Counted from the stretch's first letter, positions 38,725 to 51,722 are shown. The stretch: 64,000 nt of DNA from Octopus sinensis (GCF_006345805.1 NC_042997.1:9486001-9550000), one strand, 5' to 3'. Translations and numbers: made by a program. The notes: a model not told the origin generated them from the sequence alone.

Positions 38725-39255
38725 ATATGTTTCTTTTTAGCTACACAGGGCTGCACACAGACAGGACAAATTACAAAGTAGAGTTTTTCTTTTTGGGGAG
38801 AAAAAAAAGTGGAGTAGGTTTTTGATCAAAAGAGATCGTAGAAAGGAAAAAAAATGAAAAGAAAATAATAAAAGAAAGAACGATCAATAGGGATCATGTA
38901 TCACAGAAATGTCATGATGTAAAGTGTAAAGGGGGAAGCAGATAAGGTTTATCCATGGGAAGAAAAGCATACGGAAAAGACCATGGTAACCTCAGTCATT
39001 AATGTCACATGTTAACACATTTATTTACAAGTAACTCTGTTTTAAATTTTTCCGGGTTCATAGGATTATGCTCAAGGTGACTTCGTCATTCATGCATTCC
39101 ATCCTTGCTACATTCACCCATCTTTTTTTTAAACATTCACTAGACAAAACTTGCCTCTCTACGCTCACTTTCCTTTTCAAGTGATATTTGAAGAAGTTGA
39201 TGAGAGATTGACCAGAGAGGAAAGTGTTTGTCTTTAATCTTATACAATGCAAACA
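38725..39255 (-). mobile_element. L1/Tx1-like LINE 3' end (ORF2 C-terminus + 3' UTR)
   Basis: FFKYHLKRKVSVERQVLSSECLKKRWVNVARM resembles the L1/Tx1 ORF2 tail; homologous to about 51440-51562. Confidence 0.7.
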
Positions 39256-42200
39256 CCATGTAAATATGAGATGTGAAAGTGATCAAAGAATATCACCACT
39301 GAACCACCACAACCACTGTCAGCATCATCGTTATGTTTCACTATTTGTCTCTGATTGTTAAAAGAGTTAAACAGGCATATAATAAAGAGTCACACGTTTT
39401 GTCTCAGATCCAAGCCTGGTCTCCAAGAGGCTCACCATTAACTGTTCTACACAAGTCTTCTTAAATCTACTTCTAACATGTCTATGCCTTAGTCATTTAC
39501 TGATAATTTTCAATATATTGTGGCGATGCAATATGACATCAATCTGTACAAATAAAGAAATAATTTAACTGTGAGCAAATATTGTTATCCTTTATTTGAA
39601 CATAGTTGTTTGGGGAAATTTGTTTAAATCAATCTGTTATTGATTCCCAGAAAAGACGGAAAATATCTTTATATACACATGTTAAGACTCAATTAAATTC
39701 TCCTTAAATCGTATTAAAAGATCAATGGAGGTTACAGTGTTTTTTTTCTTAATGTTCTTCATTAACATCACAACCTGAGCAATATTAGATGAAACTATGT
39801 GGTTTCAGAATTTGTTCATCCAATAAACAACAGAACATATGGATTTCTTCTCATTGTTTCTGTTCTGCTTGACTAACTCCTCTTCTGGAAGTAGAATAAA
39901 TTGATCATATATTGTCTACCATGTCTGTTCCAATATAACAAGATTTTCTGATTCTGTGTCAATATGAATTGATGTTTAATGCAAACATCACAAATTTCTT
40001 TCATTCTAAATAATTTATATTTTCTTACAAGGAATTTCTCTTCAGAAATTAAACAGAATATATCACATAGTAAAGCCAAAAGAGAGAACAAACTGTCATA
40101 GAAAATAAGAAATACATAAACAAAATAAACAACAAAACTAACAGTAATAGAAAACATCAACATTATACAAAAAAATTCTAATAAGCACACAAGTTAGCAC
40201 TAGAGAAAAAGAGAAGTAAAGAGAAAATGAAAAAAAAAGGGAAAGAAAGAAACAGAGAGATGGGTGTGTTGTGAAAATCTTCATGAAGAAAAATTGTTCT
40301 CTTTAAACTTTAAGTGCAAAAGAAAATATTTGAAAAGATAAATGAACTGTTAAAAAGTATTATACATGAACTGTATGATGGCATATAGAATAAGGCAGAA
40401 AAACAAAATATGGACTGTTGTTCTGGGAGTTAGTTGTCTAGCTTTGTGTTTCACCTCCTTATAACACTTTATTTTCGTCAATATTATTGATGGAGATTGT
40501 GTCTCTGAACATTTTACAAAACTGTCAGACTACAATATTGTTTGGGGGAAATAAAACCATTAAAAATGGAATGAATCTTGGTAAAGAATTTCAACAGATA
40601 ATCATAAAGAACTACTGCCAAAATAGAACAACCACATGACAAGAAGCCAGGAAGGTAATAATAATGTCATAACTAATTTCTAGAAAACACTATATTGCTT
40701 TGGAATGTTTGAAGAATAAAACATCATTAATAATAATCAACATAGAGGAAATGTTTTTTCCGTTTTATATATACATCCCCCCCCCACCATCTGATCTGAA
40801 TAAAGAGCAATGCTCATGACCTTTTCATAGCCTCCAAAATTATTGAAAGAGAAGGAGGAAGATATCCTCCAACTGGAAACTTAGTCCGAAAGCTTGACAC
40901 TGAGTGGACCTCATTAAAAGCACTCAAAGACCAGGTAGTTGAGTTAAACTGGGTGTATAAGTCAAATGGCAGGATTTGAACTTAGAAATCAAAAACCTGA
41001 GACAAATGCCACAATGCATCCTATCTGACACATTAATGGTTCTTCCAGCCTGCCACCAATGTGTTGCATTTTATTCATCAACCTCAGAAAAAGAAAAGGT
41101 AAATCTGACGTGGGCAGCATTTGAATTCAGATCATAGAGAAATGGAAGAAATACCATCCGACTTCTTTATCCAAAACTCTAACTATTTCACAAGTCCACT
41201 GCCTAGACTGTTATTCTATTTATTGACACCAGAAAGATGAAATGCAAAAGTGAATGCAAGAACCTGGAATAAATATACTGCAAGGGATTGTGCTCAACAC
41301 ACTAACACTATTTGCTGCTTATTTATTTAGAGTATGTTACTAACAGCCAAAGAATTTTTGCTAGCAAGTGGGGGGAGGGCAAATTTATTTCCAAAGAACA
41401 GTGATAGTCAGCACTGGTAAGAAAGCTTTTATTATATTCATATGGAACGAAAAATGAAGAATTTGAAGTTTCAGCTCTTGCCTTTTGTCTGAAGATGAAA
41501 AAAAAGAAGATAAATGGAGACATGGCATGGGCTGGAAACAGCTCAAAAGATTAAAACTTTTTTAACTCACTATATTACATACATGAAACCTTACTGTGTA
41601 TGTTAGTTAGTACACAAAAGGCGCCCCTAAAGTATTTCCCCTCAAAACTATTTTATGATATTCTTTATCAACATAATCTCTCTCTCTCTGCATGCTCACA
41701 TTTTCGTGGATGCTTATATGAGCAAGTGTACTTGCACCATGCAGCTAGCCCGAGGGTGTTTATACATCCATATTTGTTAACAGTTATTTTTAATACTTTT
41801 CTCACTGTGTTGTGTGTTCGTTCCTCTTTTTTTCTCATGTGATTATATTTTTGATCTTCTGTATAAAGGAAGATATTTCCTCCGTCTAACTATTTCTCTT
41901 TCTACAAAATGAGAAGTTACATTGTGGAACTGTTATTTTAATAAGTTGCATCTATTTTTCACCCAATGAGATACATCTGCACTGCCAGATTCTCCTGAAC
42001 CAGTTGCCAAGCGCCCCTCCCATGAGGGATCGATGTGTCGAAACAACTGTCGTGATTAATAAATTTTCCATTAATATATTCCATCTTCCATGTTTCATTT
42101 GTCATATATATACTCTTAGTCTTGCCAACGGAGTAGCATATGCTTCACTGAAGAAGCGTAATAAGAGTGAAATTTGTTTGTTGTATTTGTCAGTTCGTTT

Positions 42201-42960
42201 TAAAAACCAAACCCACTCCTACTTGCATTGTCTATATGTCCAAACATTTTGGCTAACTTATATTATGGAGTTATCTCCAATATTTGCCGCTTTACGATTT
42301 TTAGACTGTCCAAGAAGGATGTTTTGTATTGTAATCATTTGGATAATCTCCAATGAAATTATTTCAGTTAACTGTATCACATACATGAAACCCAACAGTA
42401 AATGAAAACAATTGAAACCAAAAGAGTGGTGGAAAGGAGGAAAGATGCCCAGAAAGAAGGAGATACAAAATGAGAAGTTCAGAAGTTAGATGCGCCTGGG
42501 GAAGGAAGCAGGTGGAATTTAGAAATTGGAGAGGAAAAGGAGAATCGAAACTTTAAAAAAAATCTTGTAAGAGTGTTCAAGTTAAGAGATAAGAGATCAT
42601 AAATAAGCTAAGTAGGAGGCAAAAACTAGACACATTTAAAAATAACTATTTACATATATACACCCACAAACCAACATGCACAAAAAAAGTCATTTCTTTC
42701 AGTTCAGTTGCTTTGAATATTATTAATTTAAAATAAACAATGATAGAAATGGAAATATTTTGTATTCTGTAGTAAATTAAATTATATATATATAACTTTT
42801 ATATATATAGCTTTATAAGTATATATATATACACACTCATATATATATATATATAATTATTAGGGAATATTACTTCCAAGTACACAGGAAAAAGACATTC
42901 AAATTAGATGTACTAAAATGAACATCTCTCAATGTTTAATTTGTATATATAAAAGTAAAT

Positions 42961-43478
42961 TTAAAGACAGAACCACCTTCAAATCAATCAACACTGAAAG
43001 GTTTTATACTCACCACTCCATAAAATGTTAAAAATTAAATCTTATACTAACTATATCTATTCTGAATCCTGTATTTTCCGTTTAAATTTTATTTCATTTT
43101 TTATTCCTTAAATTTTTTATATTCAGTTATTTTTATTTATTATTTTTTATATTTCTATTCACTTGTACATGTTAAGTAAGATTATATTGAAGATATAGAG
43201 CACCATGATAGTATTTAAGAGATGGGGTAGTGAAAAATGTTGAAGAATCCAGACCTGAAGATTGGGAGTATGTCGACCCAAGTAAGTATTGAAACTAGAT
43301 ACCTCGTATCTAATCAATACCAACGTACTTTCATGAAACACGTCTAGTCTTATAAACGGAAAATACAGGATTCAGAATAGATATAGTTAGTATAAGATTT
43401 AATTTTTAACATTTTATGGAGTGGTCGGGTATAAAACCTTTCAGTGTTGACTGAGTTGAAGGTAGTTCTGTCTCTAAA
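42961..43478. repeat. About 124-bp inverted repeats around a 268-bp spacer (family D, Penelope-like?)
   Basis: 42961-43084 is the near reverse complement of 43353-43478; flanked by (TA)n. Confidence 0.85.
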
Positions 43479-44629
43479 ATCACTTATAGATATATTTATA
43501 TGCAAATACAAGTAAGTAGAAGTACACACAGCCATAAATATATGCCTACATATACACACAGCTTTGATAAGCATTCAAGTTGTTTGATCAAATGAACTTT
43601 CTATTCAGTGAATTAATGTGTGAATGAATACTTCACACATATATATTTCTTATATGTAACCCCGACAAGCCTTGTACACTTAATTTCATCTGATGAACTC
43701 TGCACCATTTTTTTCTATCCATCTTCTCTCATAAGTCTTGGATCAACTTGAAACAAAAGTAAAAGATAACAAGCTTAAGATGCTACAATCTCATGATTGC
43801 ATAGCAAAAGTCTTAACCACTTAATTATACCTGCATTCATACATTATGAAGATGTGTCCTCAGCTTCTCTCTACATGAATCATGCCGGTTTTACAAATAT
43901 TAGCAGACATCGATTTCCATACCCAAATCTAAAGATTCAGAATTTTCATGGAAAAGATACAGCAGTAGTTTCCCATTGCTTTCTACTATTTTATTTCCAG
44001 TTTACTCTACTAACCAACTCACTAAAGCTTACCATTCAGGTGTAGGGCTTATTTAACCAGCTCTCCTCAGTGTCCTGTATGCTTTGGCCACTGTCATCTG
44101 CCATTTGTCCCATGACAAGTACTATCATTCCAGGCCAGAGCAGAATTGTGATCAGTGGTGACTAAGAGCTAATTCAATACACCTCAAAATTCCTGAAATC
44201 ATGAGCTGGAGCCTCACAACTGAATATTATTTAATATCTTGTCCAGGACTAATATACTTAATACAGATACTGAAAAAAAAAGTAAACATATATAAATATC
44301 CAATCAGTGTGTGGAAGGACATTTGAATAAGTGAAATGGGGGGAAAGAAGCACAGGGAGGTGAGGCATACATTCATTTATTCCCTGTTGAGAAGAAATTT
44401 CAGATCAGTGATTTTATATTGTATCACCTGTGCAGATAATATTTTCATGAAAAACACTCACCTGTCATTCAGTGTAAACACATATCATGAGGTTATAATG
44501 TTAAATAAGGCAAACAATGGTGTGGGAAGAATATATTTAACAAAGTACTTATCTGCAAAGCTGAACTTAAATTCTCTTCGAGTTGTAACTCAAAGAATTG
44601 AATTCCACACGTGTTCATACTCGACAAGA

Positions 44630-45525
44630 AATGGATTCTACCATGTTTGTTAACTGCCCTTGACCTTCCTGCGTGGCAGTGAAACATGGGCTGTGACTGC
44701 TGGGGACATGTGAAGGCTTGAAAGGAGTGAATCCAGTAGGCTCTTCTGGATGAATAATGTGCATTTACAGAAGAGTGTAAGGGATTTGAGAGAAAACCTG
44801 GGCATAGGAGGCATCTGATGTAGTGTGCTAGAGAGAAGGCTGCACTGGTACAGACATACAATGTGTATGAATAAAGACAGTTGCATCAAAAGGTGCTGAT
44901 AGCTAATTGTGGAAGAAACATGTACAAGGAGTAGACCCAGAAAGATGTAGTGAGAAAGGGCCTTGAGATGTTGGGCCTCACAGGGAGGATGACAGGGGAT
45001 CGTGATTTCTAGTAGTTTCCTGTACTTGAGAAGACGTGTCAAGCTAAGTAAAATCGTGGTTGTCCTTGCATAGAGGCATGACCAATGGATTCCTCTCCAG
45101 CTGAGTTTTCTTAATCTGGTGGGTTTGTGAGTGCTGGTGCTATGTAAAATGCACCCATACCAGTACCGCGTAAACACACCCATGCCAGTGCTGTGTAAAT
45201 GCACCCAGTACACTCTGTAAAGTGGTTGGCATTAGGAAGAATATCCAGCCACAGGAACCATGCCAAAAGAGACATGGTGCCTGGGCAGCTCTTCAGTTGG
45301 CCAGCTCTTGTCAAACCATCCGACCCATGCCAGCATGGAAAACACGTTACATGATGGTGATGATGATGGTGGTGGTGATGATGATGGTGGTGGTGATGAT
45401 GATGGTGGTGGTGATGGTGGTGGTGATGGTGGTGGTGATGATGATGGTGGTGGGGATGATGATGGTGATGGTGATGGTGATGGTGATGGTGATGGTGATG
45501 GTGATGATGATGATGGTGATGATTG
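44630..45525 (+). mobile_element. RTE LINE 3' fragment with expanded (GAT/GGT)n tail
   Basis: FLRGSETWAVTA (mutated LHGSETW motif), DVVRKGLEMLGLT, 3' UTR motifs, trinucleotide tail at 45350-45525. Confidence 0.8.
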
Positions 45526-46623
45526 TCTAGCAGATGAATGAGTTTCAGAAATTGTGAGTTGGCAATTAAAGGGCTTCACATGTTTTCTGAATAAAATAGA
45601 AAGTTTTCAAGTGGAATCACCTCTGCTGAAAGTTGTCTGAGAATAATGTAAATAGAGGCAGACAGGAATGTATTCTATTAAGAATATATAAGAGATTTCA
45701 GATCAGTGATTTTATATTGTATCACCTGTGCAGATAATATTTTCTTGAAAAGCACTCACCTCTCATTCAGTGTAAACACATATCATGAGGTTATAAAGTT
45801 AAATAATGCAGAAAATGGAGTGGAAAGAATATATTTAACAAAGTACTTATCTGCAAAGCTGAACTCAAATTTTCTTCAGGTTGTAACTCAAAGAATTGAA
45901 TTCCCCACATTTTCAAACTCGACAAGAAATGGATTCTACCATGCTTGTTAACCGCACTTGACCTTCCTCCATGGCAGTGAAACATGGGTTGTGACAGCTG
46001 GGGACATGTGGAGGCTTGAAAGAAATGAATCCAGTAGGAATGTATCCTATAAAGAATATATATACTTTGGTATTTATTACACCAAGTTCGTCTGTTTCCA
46101 AAGTTGCTCATCTTTCTGGTCATTTACAAAATTGATTATATATGTCATCATCATCATCACCATCATTATCCTCATCATCATCATTGCTACTGTTTTAATG
46201 TCCGCATTTCCATGTTTGCATGGATCAGATGAAATTTGTTGAAGTAGATTTTCTACAGCCAGATGCCCTTCTTGTCATGAACCCTCACCTCTTTCCAAGC
46301 AAATAGTATTTCCTAACACCAGGCATGTTCTGTTACAGAAGACTGGAAACAAATAACACTACTTGTTGAACAGTGGTGTTTGATTGCAATCATGATGTAT
46401 GGTGTCAGTACAAGACTACACACATACACACTCACAAACACATGACAGACTTCTTTTAGTTTATATCTATCAAATACATTCACATGGCTTTGACACTTGC
46501 CCAAGGTAATGCACACAGGACTGAACCTGAGATCACATGATTAGGATGCAAATGTCTCATCCACATGGCAACACCTGCACCTATATATATATATATATAT
46601 GTGTATGTGTGTGTGTATGTGTG

Positions 46624-46665
<42 letters not shown>

Positions 46666-46671
<6 letters not shown>

Positions 46672-47437
46672 AATGTAGGATAAAATTTCTTTTTTTTTTT
46701 TGAAAAAAATTCTTTTCCCAAAAAAAATTTTATCAGTGGCCAGCATATTAAAAAATACCTTTAAAGGTTAAAATTATAAACAATTCATAAATAAGGGCAA
46801 ACGAAAAAATTTCTAATGCCAAATATGCCGAAAAATTGGACATATTGTCCATTAACCATATAATTCTTTCACAATACGCACGCTACTCGAAAAAAGATGG
46901 ACAGAAATTTCTAAAAAAATCCATTATTACCATATCGGACTAATTTCAGGGTTAGCTTATAACAGCCTTCCTTCGTCAGTGATACATGTGGCTAAAGAAA
47001 TAAATGAGATACTTACTCATACCCATGGAAGAAGCAAACACTAAGTCATGAGCACAATTAAGTACCCCAAATACATCCAAAATAGAAATACTCTAGCCCA
47101 TTCGAGACATGTGCGATTTGAACTGATGCTCTCAGAGTGAAAGAGTCCGGAAGTGAACGCTTAAATTTATATCTAATGTAGGATAAAATTTTTTTTTTTT
47201 TTTCGAAAAAAAAATTTTTTTCCAAAAAAAAAAGTTTTATCAATGGCCAGCATATTAAAAAATACCTCTAAAGGTTAAAATTATAAACAATTCATAAATA
47301 AGGGCAAACGAAAAAATTTCTAATGCCAAATTTGCCGAAAATATGTGAAAGAATTATATGGTTAATGGACAATATGTCCAATTTTTCGGCATATTTGGCA
47401 TTAGATATTTTTTTGTTTACCCTTATTTATGAATTGT
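46666..47437. mobile_element. Direct-plus-inverted repeat element, family C (Penelope pseudo-LTR-like)
   Basis: 46666-46834 is repeated at 47168-47341. 47344-47437 is the reverse complement of about 46779-46873. Flanked by (TA)n. Confidence 0.75.
46932..46987 (-). ncRNA. Type I hammerhead motif (family C), first stem I pair mismatched
   Basis: GUAUCA-CUGACGA-AGG..CCU-GAAA-UUAG-UC/CGAUAU. Confidence 0.55.
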
Positions 47438-47456
47438 ATATATATATATATATATA

Positions 47457-48721
47457 TACGGATTGGACAAAATAATGGAAACACCTTAATATTTCAAACA
47501 AATTTATTTTAACATGAGGTAGGACTGCCTTTGGCAGTAATTACAGCTTGAATTCTATAAGGTTTGAACTCATACAAAGTTTGAATTGTTTCCAAAAGAA
47601 TTTTTGTCCTTCTTCAGCTAAAACAGTCTCCAGTTCTTGTAGTGATGATGGGAGGATATTGACTCCTTAATTGTTTTTCTAAAACGTACCATAAATGTTC
47701 AATAATATTGAGATCTGGGGACTGTGGTGGCCAATAAGATGTTCAACTTCACTAGAATGTTCCTTGTGCCATTCAGTAACAACTGTAGCTGTGTGAATTG
47801 GTGCATTATCATCCTGAAAGATTGTCTTTCCCTCCAGAAACAGTTCCACGACCATAGGATGAATTTGATCAGATAAAATGCTTAAATAGTCATGACTATT
47901 AATTCTGCCATGAAGGGAAGTCATTGGGCTGGTGGATTTCCAAGATATAGCCCCCCCAGATCATCACAGATCCTCTGACATGTTTAACAGTTGGAAGAAA
48001 GCAGTCAGGGTCAAATGATTCTTTTGGCTGTCTCCACACATATACTCAGATGGTGGACAGAAATAGGGTAATAGATGATTCGTCCAAGAAAATAACATTC
48101 TTCCACTGCTCTAGGGACTAATTCTGTACTTTTTTACTCAACTCTAAACACTTTGCAGCGTATGTTTTTGAAAGTAGTGGTTTTCTGATTGCAGCCCTCC
48201 CGTGAGATCCAGCTTTCTGCAGCTCCCAGCAAACAGTTTTTGCAGAAACTAGATAACTGAGATGGTCATTAAGGTTTGCAGTAATTTTGGGAGCTGTAGT
48301 TTTGTGATCCTTTCTAACAATTCGCATAAGAGTCCAATGGTCCCTATCTGAAAGTTTTGGTTTTCTTCCAGAGTTTTGTTTCAATGAGGAAGTTTTTCCC
48401 TCTTTCTCAAAGGTTGTCATTACTTTCAGGACAATGCTTCTTGATACACCAAACATTTCAGCTGTTTTCATTACACTAGTACCTGCCATACGAGCACCAA
48501 CAATTTGACCTCTTTGAAAGTCCACTAGATCTGTCATTTTAATGAATTTTAATTACCTTTTTCTGATGATATCTGAAAAGAAACAGCAATTTTAGCAAAA
48601 CGTTTTAAGCAACACTAATAATAAATAAAAAAAACATAAAAATAAACAAGCGTTTAATGGTTTTATAGATATTTCAAAATTATGATGCTAGATGTTTCCA
48701 TTATTTTGTCCAACACCTGTA
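47457..48721 (-). mobile_element. Tc1-family DNA transposon with both TIRs, transposase disrupted
   Basis: TIRs TTGGACAAAATAATGGAAACA (about 47463) and TGTTTCCATTATTTTGTCCAA (about 48693). ORFs DFQRGQIVGARMAG..GRKPKLSDRD..GRAAIRKPLLS and FQDDNAPIHTA. Confidence 0.95.
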
Positions 48722-48774
48722 TATATATAAATGTGTAAAAATGAAATGAATTATATATCAACATCATCCTTTTC

Positions 48775-48974
48775 TATTCTAGGGACAAGGCCCGAGACTT
48801 TTGGGGAGGGGGTCCAGTCAGTTAAATCAATCCCAGTACACAACTGGTACCTAATTTATCAACCCAGAAAGGATGAAAAGCAAAGTCGACCTCAGTGGAA
48901 TTTGAACTCGGAATGTAAAAACAGACGAAATTCTGCTGAGCATTTCCCCTGGCATGCTAACATTTCTGCCAGCT
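48775..48974 (-). mobile_element. SINE S3 (Nin/Deu-like)
   Basis: Reverse complement of the S3 domain. Confidence 0.75.
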
Positions 48975-50384
48975 CATCATCATCACCATCGTTTAACGTC
49001 TGCTTTCCATGCTGGCATGGGTTGAACGGTTTGACTGAGGACTGGCAAGTCAGGAGGCTGCACCAGGCTCCAAACTATTCTGGCGATGTTTCTACAGCTG
49101 GATGCCCTTCCTAATAACAACCATTCTGAGAATGTAGTTGGTGCTTTTTATATATCACTGGCATGGGAGCCAGTCAGGCAACACTGGCAATGACCACGCT
49201 TGAAAGGTTCTTTTTATGTGCCACCAGCACAGGTGTCAGTCAGGCAACACTGGCATCAGCCACGATCAAAATTTCACTTGACTCCACAGGTCTTCTCAAG
49301 CACAGCATATTTCCAAAGGTCTTGGTCACTTGTCATTGCTTCTGTGAGACCCTGCTACTGACTTAGTCACCTAGGTAACAGAAGCTATCAAATACTTCTG
49401 GTTTTCCCCCTAGCATGTGATGGAATCTATTTTCTGTACATCTTTGGTGTTTATTGTACCTGTGCATCTTCCACACACAAAAACTAGCTTCCCAGTTAAC
49501 CTTCCTTTGATATTGCTGCACCTCTTCTATGTCCACAGCTCACAACAGATACATCTTATGGAGTTTCTACCTACACCTTTTCTGCAGATCGAGAGAGACA
49601 TCTATCTGGAGGGGTTTATGATTTGTCTGCCTTCCTACTAAGACTTTAGTTTCTGCTAGATTTGCTCTAAGTACCTCTAGTTCTGGTAGTGACTCAGTTA
49701 TTAGAGCAAGGTCATCAGCATAGAGGAGCTCCCAGGGGCAGCTTGTCTTGAATTCCTCTGTTATTGCCAGGAGGACTATGATGAAAAACACAGGGCTGAG
49801 GACTGATCCTTGGTGCACTCCAACTTCTACCTGGAATCCTTCACTATACTCGTTGCCAACCCTCACTTTACCAACAGCATCCCTGTACATGGCTTGTACA
49901 GCTCTCACCAACCACTTATTTACCCCTAGTTTCTGCATTGACCACCAGATAGTTGAAGGCTTTCTCCATGTCAATGAAAGACAAGTACAGAGGTTTATCT
50001 TTGGCTAGGAATTTCTTCTGCAACTGTCTTACTAGAAATATAACATCAGTGGTGCTTCTCCGTGGTACAAACCCTAGCTGCATCTTGTATAAACTAACTC
50101 TCTCCCTAATTAGTTGGGCTATGGCCCTGTCCATGGCTTTCATCACCTGGTCCCACAATTTGATACCTCTGTAATTATTCCTATGTAATGCTTCACTTTT
50201 ACCTTTGTAGCAGTTGACTATGATACTGCTATACCAGTCATTGAGTATGACTCCTTCATGTATCACCTGATTGACTATACAGGTGACAAGACTATAGCCT
50301 ACACTGCCAGATATTTTAAGCATCTCTGTTGTGACTCCTGATAGACCGGGGCCTTTCCCTGTGTTTAGACCCTTAATTGCTTTA
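48975..50384 (-). mobile_element. RTE LINE, same family as 646-3480, 5'-truncated and internally deleted
   Basis: YRGIKLWDQVMK, FLVRQLQKKFLAKDKPLYLSFIDMEKAF, GVHQGSVLSPVFF..WELLYADDLAL; GAT tail at 48975. Confidence 0.92.
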
Positions 50385-50889
50385 TATATATATATAATTG
50401 CTTTATTTATATATATATAAATAAGAAGAATTGTTTTTTTGTTTACCACAGGGGACCCATAAAATACAATACTAGCTTTGCAAACATATTGGGATGCCTG
50501 TATACTATAAATGGTGGGGAGACATTAATAATAATAATAATAATAATAATAGTATTCAGATTTATTCACTCAAATATACTCAAATCATTGACCTTTTATC
50601 TAACTGAAAGAAACCAATATTATTCTTTGATATATCTCTAGTCTGTCATAAATAAGTCACTCTTTCAACTGACATATTGATTTCTCACATAGATACAAGG
50701 CCTTAACTCACTTATTATTGGCATTGTATAATAATTGAGTGACTAGAATGGTCGATTAACAGAATTGTTAGAGAATTGGAAAAATGCCTTGTATTTCTCA
50801 GGGCTTCTTACAATATAAGTTCAAATCCCCTGAATGTCAATTTTGTTATTCATCCTTGAAGGGTCGATATATGAAGTCTAGGGCTTGAT

Positions 50890-50961
<72 letters not shown>

Positions 50962-51099
50962 CTTAGAATCAGCTGCATTGCATTATACAATAGTGACATA
51001 CACACACATTTGTATTTGAGGAAGGGTAAGTGAGGTTACCAATCACTTCTTATCTATTTCCTTACTCCAGAGAATTATCCAGGAAAGGGCAAAGAGAAA

Positions 51100-51290
51100 G
51101 GTGACAGCAATTTTGGGGAAGGAGATAAGTCAATTACAATGGCTCCTAATGTTCAACTGTTACTTATTTCATCGACCCAGATAGGACAAAAGGCAAAGTC
51201 AACCTCAGTGGAATCTGAACTCAGAACATAAAGATGGATAAAATGTCACTAAGCGTTTTGGCTGAGCATGCTAACAATTCTGTCTTAATA
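51100..51290 (-). mobile_element. SINE S3, diverged
   Basis: AAAGGCAAAGTCAACCTCAGTGGAATCTGAACTCAG. Confidence 0.7.
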
Positions 51291-51562
51291 ATAAAAGACA
51301 AAAACAGGACGATACAATAGGTTTTCTGCATGTAAACAAAGCATAGCAATAAAAAATTAAATAAATTAAAACTTTAACATCCTCGTGGAAAAACTCACAA
51401 AAACCATGGGGGCTTGATCAACATGGCAAGAGCCCTTCTCCTTTAATTCCCTTCTTTTACAGGTGTACGCTCAAAATTGGTCCTTTCACACTGGCCATTC
51501 TTCCAACATTCACCCACCTTTCAACAAACTTGCTAGAAGACAACACTTCCCTCTCCACCCTC
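51290..51562 (-). mobile_element. L1/Tx1-like LINE 3' end
   Basis: Minus strand RVEREVLSSSKFVERWVNVGRMASVKGPILSVHL*, homologous to the 39058-39252 peptide. Confidence 0.7.
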
Positions 51563-51722
51563 AATAATAATAATAATAATATCAAAAAATACCTTAGGAA
51601 TGAGAACCAGGTTTGAAATTTCCCCAAGACACCTGATGAAGGCTGGAGGGTATATCAGCCAAAATGCTGTGTTAACAACAAACAAAATGCGGATAAATAC
51701 CCGTCAAATGTAAATAATGTAT
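51563..51722 (+). mobile_element. Family A monomer without tRNA head; hammerhead core mutated
   Basis: (AAT)n-ATCAAAAAATACCTTAGG..GACAC-CTGATGA-A-GGCTG..CAGCC-AAAATGCT-GTGTT. GAAA is changed to AAAA. Confidence 0.85.

Noticed and set aside
39873-40190. 105-aa minus-strand ORF as an exon
   Set aside because: Largely the complement of A-rich low-complexity DNA; no recognisable domain.
45232-45579. Ser/Pro- or Gly/Asp-rich proteins
   Set aside because: Translations of the expanded (GAT/GGT)n LINE tail.
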